The notes below the pieces were generated by a model. That model had not been told where the DNA came from, ran no database searches, and worked only from the letters and a program-made list of their open reading frames with translations. A stretch of 63,860 bases of DNA, filler included, from Octopus bimaculoides (Eukaryota): NCBI RefSeq assembly GCF_001194135.2. It is 4 parts of 4 records of this genome, joined end to end, with 100 filler letters (N's around TTAATTAATTAA, not from the genome) between each part and the next. Parts side by side here need not be neighbours in the genome. Positions count along the whole stretch, not along the records: positions 40,754 to 56,042 come from NC_068987.1; positions 56,143 to 63,860 come from NC_068981.1; 2 more parts are not named here. One strand, 5' to 3'. Shown piece after piece: positions 48,134 through 61,200 of this stretch; positions within the stretch are counted from its first letter, which is position 1; every line of letters starts with the position of its first letter. A program made the translations under genes and the position numbers.

Positions 48134-49102
48134 TTTGTATGTATGTATGTATGTATGTATGCACGAAGAGGTGCTGTCTTCAAGGGTAACGCGAAAGGTC
48201 TTGTTGGGGGCCCAACGTTCCGAGTNNNNNNNNNNNNNNNNNNNNNNNNNNNNNNNNNNNNNNNNNNNNNNNNNNNNNNNNNNNNNNNNNNNNNNNNNNN
48301 NNNNNNNNNNNNNNNNNNNNNNNNNNNNNNNNNNNNNNNNNNNNNNNNNNNNNNNNNNNNNNNNNNNNNNNNNNNNNNNNNNNNNNNNNNNNNNNNNNNN
48401 NNNNNNNNNNNNNNNNNNNNNNNNNNNNNNNNNNNNNNNNNNNNNNNNNNNNNNNNNNNNNNNNNNNNNNNNNNNNNNNNNNNNNNNNNNNNNNNNNNNN
48501 NNNNNNNNNNNNNNNNNNNNNNNNNNNNNNNNNNNNNNNNNNNNNNNNNNNNNNNNNNNNNNNNNNNNNNNNNNNNNNNNNNNNNNNNNNNNNNNNNNNN
48601 NNNNNNNNNNNNNNNNNNNNNNNNNNNNNNNNNNNNNNNNNNNNNNNNNNNNNNNNNNNNNNNNNNNNNNNNNNNNNNNNNNNNNNNNNNNNNNNNNNNN
48701 NNNNNNNNNNNNNNNNNNNNNNNNNNNNNNNNNNNNNNNNNNNNNNNNNNNNNNNNNNNNNNNNNNNNNNNNNNNNNNNNNNNNNNNNNNNNNNNNNNNN
48801 NNNNNNNNNNNNNNNNNNNNNNNNNNNNNNNNNNNNNNNNNNNNNNNNNNNNNNNNNNNNNNNNNNNNNNNNNNNNNNNNNNNNNNNNNNNNNNNNNNNN
48901 NNNNNNNNNNNNNNNNNNNNNNNNNNNNNNNNNNNNNNNNNNNNNNNNNNNNNNNNNNNNNNNNNNNNNNNNNNNNNNNNNNNNNNNNNNNNNNNNNNNN
49001 NNNNNNNNNNNNNNNNNNNNNNNNNNNNNNNNNNNNNNNNNNNNNNNNNNNNNNNNNNNNNNNNNNNNNNNNNNNNNNNNNNNNNNNNNNNNNNNNNNNN
49101 NN

Positions 49103-49160
<58 letters not shown>

Positions 49161-49209
49161 TGTATGTATGTATGTATGTATGTATGTATGTACGTATGCA
49201 TGTGTGTAT

Positions 49210-49360
49210 GTATGTATGTATAAATAATACAGAATGAGACAAGGACACAAAACATCCAGATAGACGATACAAAGAAAACACGGACAGGTCATTGGGAGTT
49301 TTCTCTCTTCAGTCGAGATCCCGATTATCCTTGCAATTTCGGCTGGTTATTCTAACAACT
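49210..49360 (-). mobile_element. Penelope-like pLTR-type repeat, another copy
   Basis: Reverse complement aligns to 32838-32945 (ATAACCAGC.AAATTGCAA.GATAATC..CTCGACTGA.GA.AGAAAACTCC.AATGACCTGTCC). Confidence 0.55.
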
Positions 49361-49785
49361 AGGAAAAATAATCAGTCAAATACCGATTGCAGCGAACATT
49401 GTTACTGCATCGTCTAGTTTTTACCAGCTTTTAAAATGGCGATGTAAACTCGAAAAGGAAATCCTGCGTAGATACTTTTCACAAGGCTTTTTCTGATTTT
49501 TATAATAAAAATATTTTACTCTCTAAGCTGATCGAGTGCTAGACTATTTGTTGACAGTCGGGCCATAAATAGATAGATAGCGGCATACGTACATACATAC
49601 ATACATACATACTGACAGGCATACATACACACATATTCATATATTCATACATATGTAGATGCATAAGTACACAACTGGATGAATAAACGAAAGAAAGTAG
49701 CACTGAACATTTTAAATCTAATCTCTTGCTATTTGGTAACAAAATGACGCAGCTTCTCATTACATACAGTTTTGAAGGTGCAGAA

Positions 49786-49842
49786 CGTTTCCATATCCTC
49801 AGATGTATGGAATCAGACTCTATATATCTGAGGATTTGAACG
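49786..49842 (+). ncRNA. Candidate pre-miRNA-like hairpin
   Basis: Uninterrupted 16-bp stem with two G.U pairs, 7-nt loop, imperfect basal extension, total ~57 nt. No expression evidence. Confidence 0.35.
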
Positions 49843-49872
49843 CATGTTACGCTTACGAGCAGTTGATTCAAC

Positions 49873-49916
<44 letters not shown>

Positions 49917-49919
49917 ATT

Positions 49920-49958
<39 letters not shown>

Positions 49959-50028
49959 NNNNNNNNNNNNNNNNNNNNNNNNNNNNNNNNNNNNNNNNNN
50001 NNNNNNNNNNNNNNNNNNNNNNNNNNNN

Positions 50029-50080
<52 letters not shown>

Positions 50081-50448
50081 TCACATACACATGTATATGT
50101 ACACACACATATTTATAAGCGTTTATGTATATATAAAGGCACATATATGTATGCATTTATGTTTGTATGCATTTATCTATAAGTGCATATGTATGTATGC
50201 ACATACATCTACATAGCCATATATACATACGTATATATATATACCCACTCTCACAGACGCAATGTTGTTGGTGTTGCAACCGGAAGTGATTTTAATTGTT
50301 ATTGAATGGCGGCCTGAGAATAAGTGTTACTCTTTATTTCTGTTGTTTATTGATTCTCTCTGCACGTGTTTATACCACTTGATTTGTCTTTTGTATAATG
50401 CAGCACTTTCGATTCATGCAATTTGTTGCACCGGTAACCGTTGCTTTC

Positions 50449-50485
<37 letters not shown>

Positions 50486-50653
50486 TTGGTATTGGTGGTG
50501 GTGGTGGTGGTGGTGGTGATGGTGGTGGTGGTGGTGGTGGTGTTGGTGATTGCGAGAGTAGGGTTGATGGTGGTGCTGTTGAAGGCAGCTATGATGGTGG
50601 CGTTATGGTCACGACGGTGCTGATAGCATTGGTGCTTGTGGTGGTGGTCCGTT

Positions 50654-50711
<58 letters not shown>

Positions 50712-50755
50712 CAGTAGCAGTAGCAGTAGCAGTAGTAGAAGAAGAAGAAGAAGTC

Positions 50756-50790
<35 letters not shown>

Positions 50791-50925
50791 TGTTGCTGTT
50801 GTTGTACTAGCAGCAGCAGCAGCAGCAGCAGCGGCAGGAGCTACAGGTCCTTTGTTATTGTTTATCCTGACTGAACAAACATCGGTGATCCTCACATCGT
50901 TTTTATTATGCTATTTTTTTTTCTG

Positions 50926-51332
50926 AGAGTGGCTGTGTGGTATGTAGCTTGCTTACGAACCACATGGTTCTGGGTTCAGTTCCACTGCGTGGCACCTTGG
51001 GCAAGTGTCTTCTACTATAGCCTCGGGCCCGACCAAAGCCTTGTGAGTGGATTTGGTAGACGGAAACTGAAAGAAGCCCGTCGTATATATGTTTATATGT
51101 ATGTGTGTGTGTATGCTTGTGTGTCTATGTTTGTTCTCCCCAACTATCGCTTGACAACCGATGCTGGTGAGTTTAGGTCCCCGTAACTTAGCGGTTAGGC
51201 AAAAGAGACCGATAGAATAAGTACTGGGCTTACAAAGAATAAATCCTGGGGTGGATTTGCTCGACTAAAGACGGTGCTCCAGCATGGCCACAGTCAAATG
51301 ACTGAAACAAGTATAAGAGTATAAGAGTATAT
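50926..51332 (+). mobile_element. Full-length SINE family B with CR1-derived tail
   Basis: tRNA-like head (GGTTCAGTTCC), CORE/V-like GGCACCTTGGGCAAGTG domain, tail CGGTGCTCCAGCATGGCCACAG..GACTGAAAC, then (GTATAAGA)n. Confidence 0.85.
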
Positions 51333-51637
51333 GGTCTCTCTTTTAATAACTACATTATACATTCTGCGCCCAAATTTCTTTCAAGACAGTAAGATGTGAT
51401 TTAAGGGAGATTTATTCTGCTGTTTCGAGTACCTTTAAGTAACCACTTAGGCCTTGTTTCCTTATTATTGAAACAGTTTATCCCTAGGTGAACGATCACA
51501 GATCAGACCTATGGTAAGAGTCCTCCTAGCGTCAACATGCATTGTTTGCCTTTCAAGCATAGTTTACCTTCGATTACAAACGTTGTTCTGTCCATGTGAG
51601 TCTTTAACAAAATCCACTCGGATGTACGTATATAGAT

Positions 51638-52361
51638 CAGGGGCCCAGTTATGGACTCTTTTGATTACTTATTTTTTACTATGGTGGTAAGGTGCATAGT
51701 TCAGTGGTTAGAGCATCGGGTTCACAATCATGAGGTAGGGAGTTCGATTCCCGAATCGGGCTGTGTGTTGTGTTCTTGAGCAGGACACTATTTCACGTTG
51801 CTCCAGTTCACTCAGCTGTAGAAATGAGTTGCGACATCGATGGTGCCAAACTGTATCGGCCCCTTTGCTTTTCCTTTGGATAACACTAGTGGCGTGGAAA
51901 GGAGAAGCTGGTATGCAAGGGTGACTGCTGATCTTCCATAAACAACCTTACTCGGGTTTGTACCTCGAACGGGAACTTTCTAGGTGCAATTCTATGATCA
52001 TTCATGACCGAAGATGCTTTACCCTTATCTTTATTCTAGTGGACCCCTACAGCCATTCAATGTTTAAAAATTAGTTTTATAGAAACTTCTTTCAAAATTC
52101 CTATTTTGATTTTCACTCCTCTTATGTAAGTTTACAACAGTATTCACTGATAGAACAGATTTCCTTGACTGGAAGTCGGACTTTGTTAAACATTAGAGAT
52201 AGAAACCTAGTTGTTTCTTGCAATAATTTATGTAAGCCAAGCATTTTAACAGACGTTAATATACTACTGTGAATCCCCAGTTTACTGTTTTGTTTGCGAG
52301 GACCCCCAAAATCTTAAAGCGTCTCCCTCGGGGGTCATACGGACCAGACTGAGAACCACTG
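51638..52361. mobile_element. hAT (Charlie-type) MITE interrupted by a SINE
   Basis: Ends CAGGGG.. and ..GAGAACCACTG; 8-bp TSD ATATAGAT/ATTTAGAG (6/8); subterminal GGACCCC motifs. Confidence 0.62.
51687..52030 (+). mobile_element. tRNA-derived SINE (family C1 head and centre, different tail)
   Basis: A-box TAGTTCAGTGG, B-box GAGTTCGATTCC; TTTCACGTTGCTCCAGTTCACTCAGCTG..AAATGAGTTG shared with 4931-5255; distinct 3' half. Confidence 0.82.
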
Positions 52362-53345
52362 ATTTAGAGAGTAACTTTCTTCACGAGTATCANNNNNNNN
52401 NNNNNNNNNNNNNNNNNNNNNNNNNNNNNNNNNNNNNNNNNNNNNNNNNNNNNNNNNNNNNNNNNNNNNNNNNNNNNNNNNNNNNNNNNNNNNNNNNNNN
52501 NNNNNNNNNNNNNNNNNNNNNNNNNNNNNNNNNNNNNNNNNNNNNNNNNNNNNNNNNNNNNNNNNNNNNNNNNNNNNNNNNNNNNNNNNNNNNNNNNNNN
52601 NNNNNNNNNNNNNNNNNNNNNNNNNNNNNNNNNNNNNNNNNNNNNNNNNNNNNNNNNNNNNNNNNNNNNNNNNNNNNNNNNNNNNNNNNNNNNNNNNNNN
52701 NNNNNNNNNNNNNNNNNNNNNNNNNNNNNNNNNNNNNNNNNNNNNNNNNNNNNNNNNNNNNNNNNNNNNNNNNNNNNNNNNNNNNNNNNNNNNNNNNNNN
52801 NNNNNNNNNNNNNNNNNNNNNNNNNNNNNNNNNNNNNNNNNNNNNNNNNNNNNNNNNNNNNNNNNNNNNNNNNNNNNNNNNNNNNNNNNNNNNNNNNNNN
52901 NNNNNNNNNNNNNNNNNNNNNNNNNNNNNNNNNNNNNNNNNNNNNNNNNNNNNNNNNNNNNNNNNNNNNNNNNNNNNNNNNNNNNNNNNNNNNNNNNNNN
53001 NNNNNNNNNATATATATACACATACATATATGTACATATATATATGTAAGTAGATATAGATATATGGTTATATTTCTGTGCATACACGAACATTTATATA
53101 TATATATATATATATGTTTGTATGTATAATATTCATGCATATATGCATACAAACATAAATGCATGCATTTATATGAGTGAGTGTGTAATATACTATACTT
53201 TGGTACTGCGCAGACCAAATTCTCCGTTGACAAATCTCTGGTATGTGGATCTTTAGTGTTAGAAGTTGTAGAAACCATGATTATGTACACTGTCATATGT
53301 ATTGGGGAATTTGAGATGTTAGGCCTCTTATGAATGCTAGGACTC

Positions 53346-53382
<37 letters not shown>

Positions 53383-53383
<1 letters not shown>

Positions 53384-53430
53384 AAAGTTTCAGCTCAGAG
53401 CTACGGCCATGCTGATGCACCACCATTTAT
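53383..53430 (-). mobile_element. Isolated CR1/SINE-B 3' tail
   Basis: Reverse complement AAATGGTGGTGCATCAGCATGGCCGTAGCTCTGAGCTGAAAC plus poly(A) matches 12125-12170. Confidence 0.7.
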
Positions 53431-53667
53431 AATTATATATGTATATATGTATATGNNNNNNNNNNNNNNNNNNNNNNNNNNNNNNNNNNNNNNNNNNNNN
53501 NNNNNNNNNNNNNNNNNNNNNNNNNNNNNNNNNNNNNNNNNNNNNNNNNNNNNNNNNNNNNNNNNNNNNNNNNNNNNNNNNNNNNNNNNNNNNNNNNNNN
53601 NNNNNNNNNNNNNNNNNNNNNNNNNNNNNNNNNNNNNNNNNNNNNNNNNNNNNNNNNNNNNNNNNNN

Positions 53668-53703
<36 letters not shown>

Positions 53704-53709
53704 GTGCAG

Positions 53710-53800
53710 GTGCAGGCTGTGTAGCTGTGTAGTAAGAGGTTCACTTACACTCCACATGGTCCCCGGTTCAGTCTCACTGCGTGGCACCTTCGACAGGTGT
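53710..53800 (+). mobile_element. SINE family B head fragment
   Basis: GCTGTGTAGTAAG..CACATGGTCCCCGGTTCAGTCTCACTGCGTGGCACCTT. Confidence 0.65.
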
Positions 53801-53984
53801 CTGCTGCTGCATGTTTATTTATTTTTTTATTTGTGCATTTGATTATATTGCATACATACATACATATATAAAAATTTACCCTGTTGTTGTTGTTGAAATT
53901 CCAGTGAAGGAGTCTCTTTCTCTATTGGCAGGAAATCTTGAATAGAACTGAACAATGACATACATTCATACATACAAGGATATA

Positions 53985-54878
53985 GGTGGTCTGATCAATA
54001 AGTATCGGGACTGTTGCCATAGTAACGAAGCTAAAGCATGCAGAGTAAAGCTGCTTTGCAAGAATTGACCTTGGACTCTGCTGTGCATTCGAACTAAGTT
54101 TGAACGTTCTAGCTCACATTTTATGTTTACAGCAATGCTTGGTAGGAACGTGTGTAGCGCGTGATCGTCGCATTGACCATGACAGAGAAACTTATCATGG
54201 CGATACCTACTCAGATGCCAACGAAAAGCTGCAGAAAGCGTATGGGGAGGAGTGTATGAGCTGCACACAAGTGTCCGAGTGGTTCAGACGTTTCCAAGAT
54301 GGCTGAAAAAATGTCGACATTAACGAACTTTCTGGTAGACCCGCAACCAACAGAACTGAAAAAACATTGCAGATATGCGTGCAGCCGTGAGGGGAAATCG
54401 TTGAATAACAATCCGTGAGTTATCAGAGGATATGCAGATTAGTTACGGTTCAGTTCAGTCCATTATCACTGAAGATTCGGGTATGAGACACGTATCTGTC
54501 AAGTTTGTGCCAAAACTGCTTTCAGCTGACCAAAAAGACACTCGGATTTCAGTTGCACAAGTCCTCCTTGAGTGTGTGGAGAACGACAAAAACTCTTGGA
54601 AAATTTTGCGTAGCCCTCTGAGCAGTTATTGCCAAGCTTTTGTTAAAATTTGATGCAGATTTTCTGCTCGTCTTTCTCAGTCATGGTCAATGCGACGATC
54701 GGACGCTACACACCTTCCTTCCAAGCGCTGCTGTAAACAGCGGAAATGAGTTAGAACGTTAAAACTTAACGCGCATGCACAGCAGGGTTCAAAATCAATC
54801 TGTGCTCAGCGGCATTGCTCTGCGTCCTTTAGCTTCGTTACTATGGCAACTGTCCGCATCCTAATTGTTCAGACCACG
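53985..54878 (+). mobile_element. Non-autonomous mariner derivative with long inverted arms
   Basis: TA TSDs. Transposase N-terminus (LQKAYGEECMSCTQVSEWFRRFQDG, GRP, ITIREL, FVPKLL) without the DD34D domain. Right arm is an inverted copy of the left >200 bp, including the ATG region. Confidence 0.88.
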
Positions 54879-55476
54879 TATACACGCATATGTATATACA
54901 TATCTAAATACATACCTACGTAGATATATGCGCATGCATATACATATTCACGCACTAATGAGTCCGTACATATGTGCATACACGCATAATTATGTGCACG
55001 CATGTATAAACACACATATTACACCGATACCTGGATGTATATAGTACCTACATGCAGAAATCTATCCATGCATGCATAAAAACATAAATACGTAAACACA
55101 CACACACAAACACACACACACAGACACACATATAAGACGTATACGTTCACACACTAACACGCATCCGCACAATCACACACTCGCCACATGGTTATATATA
55201 TATATATAGATATCTAACAGACATCCAGACACTAACATGAGATAGAATAGGGGAGAAGATATAGAAAACTGAAACAACCCAAATGAAAGCTGCAGCACTT
55301 AACTAAATGTATTAGACGAATATTATTGTGTTTATTGCTTTGTCTGCTCTGTTTAAGGAGGACCTCTTTGTAGCTGAGACCTATTGCTCTTAGTAATAAC
55401 AATGAATATAGTCATGGACTGTCGTATGCACATACATCTATGCATACAAATACGTATATGTATAAGTATATGTGTG

Positions 55477-55524
<48 letters not shown>

Positions 55525-55532
55525 CACATATA

Positions 55533-55588
<56 letters not shown>

Positions 55589-56482
55589 CATATATATGTA
55601 TATATATTGTATATATGTACATATATGTATATGTGAGTGTGTGTATACAACCTTCAACAAAGTAACAGTCTTGTATACAACTTTAACAGACACATATCAG
55701 TACATAAACATACGTTCACATGTACATACATATGTATATACACACACACACACACGTCTACACACTTACCTAAATACTCACGTGCATACATAAGTACATA
55801 CATATATACATACATACATTCACACATACATACATACATACATACATACATACATACATACATGCGTATAGGCATGCGCACATGCATAAGCATGTACAGA
55901 TATGCATACGCACATACATGTACACACACATACATACATACATTCATACATACATACATACAGGCAAACATACATGCATACACGCACACATACATACATA
56001 CAGACATACATACATACAGACAGACAGACAGACATATATATCNNNNNNNNNNNNNNNNNNNNNNNNNNNNNNNNNNNNNNNNNNNNTTAATTAATTAANN
56101 NNNNNNNNNNNNNNNNNNNNNNNNNNNNNNNNNNNNNNNNNNTAAAAGAAAAAAGTTATGAGTGTTTTTTTTTTCTCAAATTTGAGGGTGATAATACAGT
56201 TCAAAATTCTTTTATGAATACCGGCATCACTGAAGTAAGAAAAAAATCATCAACAACATCGCTAACTTGCATTTAGTTTAACTAATCTTATATTTATTTT
56301 TTAGATTAAAACATTTTATTTTAATTCAATAATAATAAAAACTCAATCACGAAAAAGAAAAAAATTAAAATATTTAGAAATTTATTAAATTTATTATTCA
56401 ATTTTCAATAAGGTAAAATCTTAAATTATTAATTGACACATTATTAATTAGCATAATAGCATAGCCTGGAAAAAGCATGGAC

Positions 56483-57339
56483 TACATGGAAAATGCGAGC
56501 AAGAGAAATAATATTCTTAAGATTATAAACCTGGAAAAGTACAGGAGAGGTTATTACTTGAAAAATTTCAGGACAAGTTATTACATCTGGTAAAGTACAG
56601 GACAAGAACAATTTTACTTAAAATATTGCAGCTAAGGATAAATTTTGAATATTAAAAATTATTTGATTTTAATTTACAAAGTAACATTATAATTAAAAAA
56701 GATATCATCATTTTGTTAAGATATTGACACACTAGAATACTTAAAAGATGAGAGCCAGAAGTACCAATATAACTAAAGTTTTATGCAAACTAGAATAATA
56801 TATATGGTAGGCAAATTCATTACGTAAAAAATAGGCATTGGGTCAAGACTAAAAATGTGAAGACTTAGCAATAACTTAGGCAGTAACTCAAGCAAATTTT
56901 ACTGTGAATTTGTTATAAGTAGATTTTACTGTAATATGTAACTAATTTTTGTATTATTCTATTTATTGTACTAACTAATTATGTACTACTATTATTTTTT
57001 ATTACCTATTTTCAAATTTCTAATTATTAATTAATAATTAGAAAAAATGAATACTTTTTAAAGTGCAAAAAATATTTTAATTGAGTTATATTTTTTATAT
57101 TTGATAGAGTTAACAAGTAATAGCAAATAGCAAATAACTTGTGATAAAATTTTTAGTTTTAATAAAAGCTAATATTTTCTAAATCTAAATATTTTATTTG
57201 AAATTTTATCCTTAGCTGTAATATTTTAAGTAAACATTTTCTTGCTCGATACTTTACCAGATGTAATAACTTGTCCTGTACTTTTCCAGATTTATAATCT
57301 TAAGAATATTATTTCCCTTGCTCGCATTTTTCCATGTAA
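56483..57339. mobile_element. Foldback/MITE-like element with ~170-bp modular TIRs
   Basis: TACATGGAAAA.. and ..TTTTCCATGTA; arms ~56483-56665 and ~57185-57339 contain ~29-bp subrepeats CTGG(A/T)AAAGTACAGGACAAGTTATTACAT; AT-rich core with no ORF. Confidence 0.78.
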
Positions 57340-57804
57340 TATAATATACATGTACTATAAATATGTCTGGGTTGGATTTGATGGGAGAGATGCTCTTAAA
57401 TGTATGCCACGGCCATGAAGGGCNNNNNNNNNNNNNNNNNNNNNNNNNNNNNNNNNNNNNNNNNNNNNNNNNNNNNNNNNNNNNNNNNNNNNNNNNNNNN
57501 NNNNNNNNNNNNNNNNNNNNNNNNNNNNNNNNNNNNNNNNNNNNNNNNNNNNNNNNNNNNNNNNNNNNNNNNNNNNNNNNNNNNNNNNNNNNNNNNNNNN
57601 NNNNNNNNNNNNNNNNNNNNNNNNNNNNNNNNNNNNNNNNNNNNNNNNNNNNNNNNNNNNNNNNNNNNNNNNNNNNNNNNNNNNNNNNNNNNNNNNNNNN
57701 NNNNNNNNNNNNNNNNNNNNNNNNNNNNNNNNNNNNNNNNNNNNNNNNNNNNNNNNNNNNNNNNNNNNNNNNNNNNNNNNNNNNNNNNNNNNNNNNNNNN
57801 NNNN

Positions 57805-58192
57805 AATAATGATAATGCTTTCTAATTGATGTATCAATACCAGCAGATGACAACGTTTCTCTAAAAGAAATGAAGATACTTTCAAAATACAAAGACCTGG
57901 AAATAGAGGTAACTTGAATGTGGAATCTTAAAACAGAAACAATTCCTATCATAGTAGGTGCCTTAGGTATAATAAAAAAATATTCAGACAAATACATAAC
58001 AAAAACACCAGGACTTACAAGTATATATAACATACAGAAAATTGCACTACTGGGCACTGCACACATCCTACGCAAAACACTTTCAATATAGTAACTATAA
58101 GAGCATCACAGCAAACCACAGCACATACCCAAGGCCCACAGAGCTGCGCTCGGTAGTGAAGTGTAAGCACGTTATAAAAATAAAACTACTGC
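57805..58192 (+). mobile_element. R4/Dong 3' fragment, same family as 10846-15826
   Basis: Highly similar to 15433-15826 (LIDVSI..KYKDLEIEV..QKIALLGTAHILRKTL plus 3' UTR); starts after AATAAT and ends in (AAT)6. Confidence 0.88.
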
Positions 58193-58210
58193 ATAATAAT
58201 AATAATAATG

Positions 58211-61200
58211 GTGCTCAAATTAGTGGTTACCGACAACGTATGTATGATCATTGGAGAGAAAAGGGATTGTTTCAACTCACGGAACAGAGACTATGTGATC
58301 AAGCTAAAGCAATAAGAAAAAATTGTTGGTTCACAGAAGTAGAGGTCGAAGCTATCAAAAGACGGATCATGGACAATAACAGCATAGATAAGAATCAAAA
58401 TACAGTTCTTACTAATAAGAGTAATCTCATAGCACAGGAAAGGAGCAGTGGTAGCTTACTTAATGAGAGACATATAGATGATCTACAAGGAGACGATAAA
58501 ACTAATAGCGAAATGACAGATGAGCAAAAGGCAATCTACGACAGAATAAAGGTAAGACTACAGGAGAACAATAACGACATTATTTGCAACCTTAAAAAGG
58601 TTGATCGATGGAAATTGAAACAAGAAACGTAAAATGTCAATGAAATTCTGAAATACATCAGAACAAACAATATCACAGAAACAAATAATTTGATCAAGGT
58701 AGCAAGTATTGTCGTAGTAGAAAAAGTGGGTATCAATGTCAAGAAAAAGAAACATAATGGGAGTGACAAAAAAAAAAAAAAAGATCCATGGTGAAAAAGA
58801 AGAATCCAGGCAGGGTTAGACATGCTCTCGAAGGAAATCTCTGTGTTAGACCGAAAAGCGAACAGAAATATAGGGCGCTGAAAAGGAAGTATAATATTGA
58901 AAGAAAGGGCCTGAAAGTAGTAGTGGAGTAACTGAAACAGCGCATCGTTGCAAAGAAAGCAAAGATGGTGAGATACGACCAAAGAATGAAGGGTTACCAC
59001 CAGAATAGGTTATTGAGAGTATATCAGAAGAGATTCCATAAAGAAATAAATGGAGGGTGTGCAGATGAAAATTTGATACCAGATAACATTGAAAGTCAAA
59101 GAATTTGGAGTGACATCCGGAGCAAAGACAAAGAGCACAAGAAGAATGCTGAATGGTTGCAAGAACTGAAACAAACAGTAGTCTGTCCAAAACAGGCAGA
59201 ACTAGTCATTTCAGTTAGGGAAGTGATGGAAATCAGCAAAACAATGAGCAACTGGAAGGCCCCGGGACCAGATGGAGTTCAAGGCTACTGGATCAAAAGA
59301 ATTTGGTGAATATCATGCACGAATCGCTGCGCAATTCAACACCTTGTTAAATGCCGACCAAGCAACACCAGAGTGGTTGACATTGGGTAGGACAGTGCTG
59401 TGCCTGAAAAACATCGAAAAAGGCAATACGGTAGGCAATTAGAGGCCGATATCCTGTTTGCCGCTTATGTGGAAGTTATTGACTGGAATACTCGCAGAGT
59501 GAATGTACAAACATCTGGAAAAAAATGGAGTCCTGACACATGAGCAGAAGGGTTGCAAGCGTAATTGCAGAGGTACCAAGGATGAACTGTACTCAGAGAC
59601 TGCAAGAGGTGGAATAGTAACTTATCCATGTCATGGATCGACTATCGTAAAGCGTACGATATGATCCCACATTCTTGGATTATGGAGTGTATGAACATGT
59701 TTGGGATTGCCTCGAATGTTGAGCGATTGCTTAGAAAAAGTATGACGAATTGAAGGACGGACCTGACAGCATACGGAAGAAGTTTAGGGACAGTAGAAAT
59801 TAGGAGGGGCACCTTCCAAGGGGACTGCCTGTCTCCACTNNNNNNNNNNTTAGGAGGGGCACCTTCCAAGGGGACTGCCTGTCTCCACTGATCTTTGTAC
59901 TGTGCTTGATACCACTAACACTGATTCTGAGGAAAGAAAAAGCTAGGTATGTATTCAAAAGCCGCCAACAAAAAGGCAACGCTTTGTTATTCATGGATGA
60001 CCTCACACTATATGGTAAAAATGAAGCTCAAGTAAGAAATGACAGAAATATTTAAGGTGGAGTACTTACCCAGACTGAGACTGATCCTTAAGTTGAAATT
60101 AAACGGACGGAATAAGATCGAATCTATCAACACCTGGGCGGTTTCACTCCTTAGATATGGAGCAGGGGTAATCGCATGGACAGTAGACGAACTAAACAGC
60201 TTAGACAGAAAGACAAGGAAGTTACTAACTAGATATGGGTCACTCCACCCAAAAAATGACACAGACAGACAGTATGTACTAAGAAAAAGAGGGGAAGAGG
60301 ACTTATTTGATGCGAACTCAGCATTAGAGCGGGGGAAAACAACATAGCATGGTATGTAAAAAATGCCACTGAACCATTATTATTAGAAATAGAAAGGTCA
60401 GGCTTTTGTAGGATGAAAGATTGCAAAGATAAAGCACTATACAAGAAATTAAAAACGAATGAAACTGAAAATAGGTGGGTAAAGAAAAGAATGCATGGAA
60501 AATTTCATAGGGATGTTGAAGATAAGACAGGCAGAGAAAAAAGATGGCTGTGGATGACTAAAAGTGATTTAAAACCGGAAACGGAGGCTCTAATCTGTGC
60601 TGCCCAAGAGCAAGCACTAAGAACAAACTACATAAAATACAGCATAGACAACACAGCAGAAAGTGATAAGTGCAGAATCTGTGGACAAAACGGTGAAACC
60701 GTATGGCATATTACCAGCCAATGTACGCCACTAGCCCAGAACGAATATAAGAGACACCACGACAATATAGTTAGGCTTGTCCATTGGACACTTTTCAACA
60801 AGTATGGACTTGACAGAGCAAAAAATTGGTACGACCACAAAGCTAAAGGTATTGTCGAAAATAGAAATGCAAAGATCCTATGAGATTTTATGATTCAGTG
60901 CGACCATGAGATTGAGAATAGGAAGCCGGACAAAGTCTTAATTAAGAAAGAAAACAAACTATGCTGGATCATAGATATAGCATGCCTAGCTGACAATAAA
61001 GTATGCGATAAGGAAGAAAAAAAATCGAGAGACTTTTATTTCTTGGGAAGTTAAGCATTTGTAGTCGATGAAAAAGGTAGCAGTAGTACCAATAATTCTC
61101 GGAGCCATGGGAACACTGAGCAAAAATTTCGAGAAGAACGTGGAACAAATAGGGGCTGCAATACGGGTGGAGCACTTGCAGAAAACAGCACTGATTGGAA

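Noticed and set aside
49290-49318. Hammerhead-like CTGAAGA-GAG-AAAA-CTC on minus (and CTGAGGA at 32879)
   Set aside because: Followed by CAAT/GAAT rather than GAAAC, and no stem I pairing.
50347-50895. 182-aa Thr/Ala-rich ORF
   Set aside because: Almost all trinucleotide repeat; no clear splice sites or domain.
56143-57420. Possible mitochondrial insertion (very AT-rich)
   Set aside because: No recognisable mitochondrial gene, tRNA or rRNA; better explained by a TIR foldback element.
59801-59889. Exact 39-bp tandem repeat inside the Dong RT
   Set aside because: The two copies flank a 10-N gap; this is an unmerged contig overlap.
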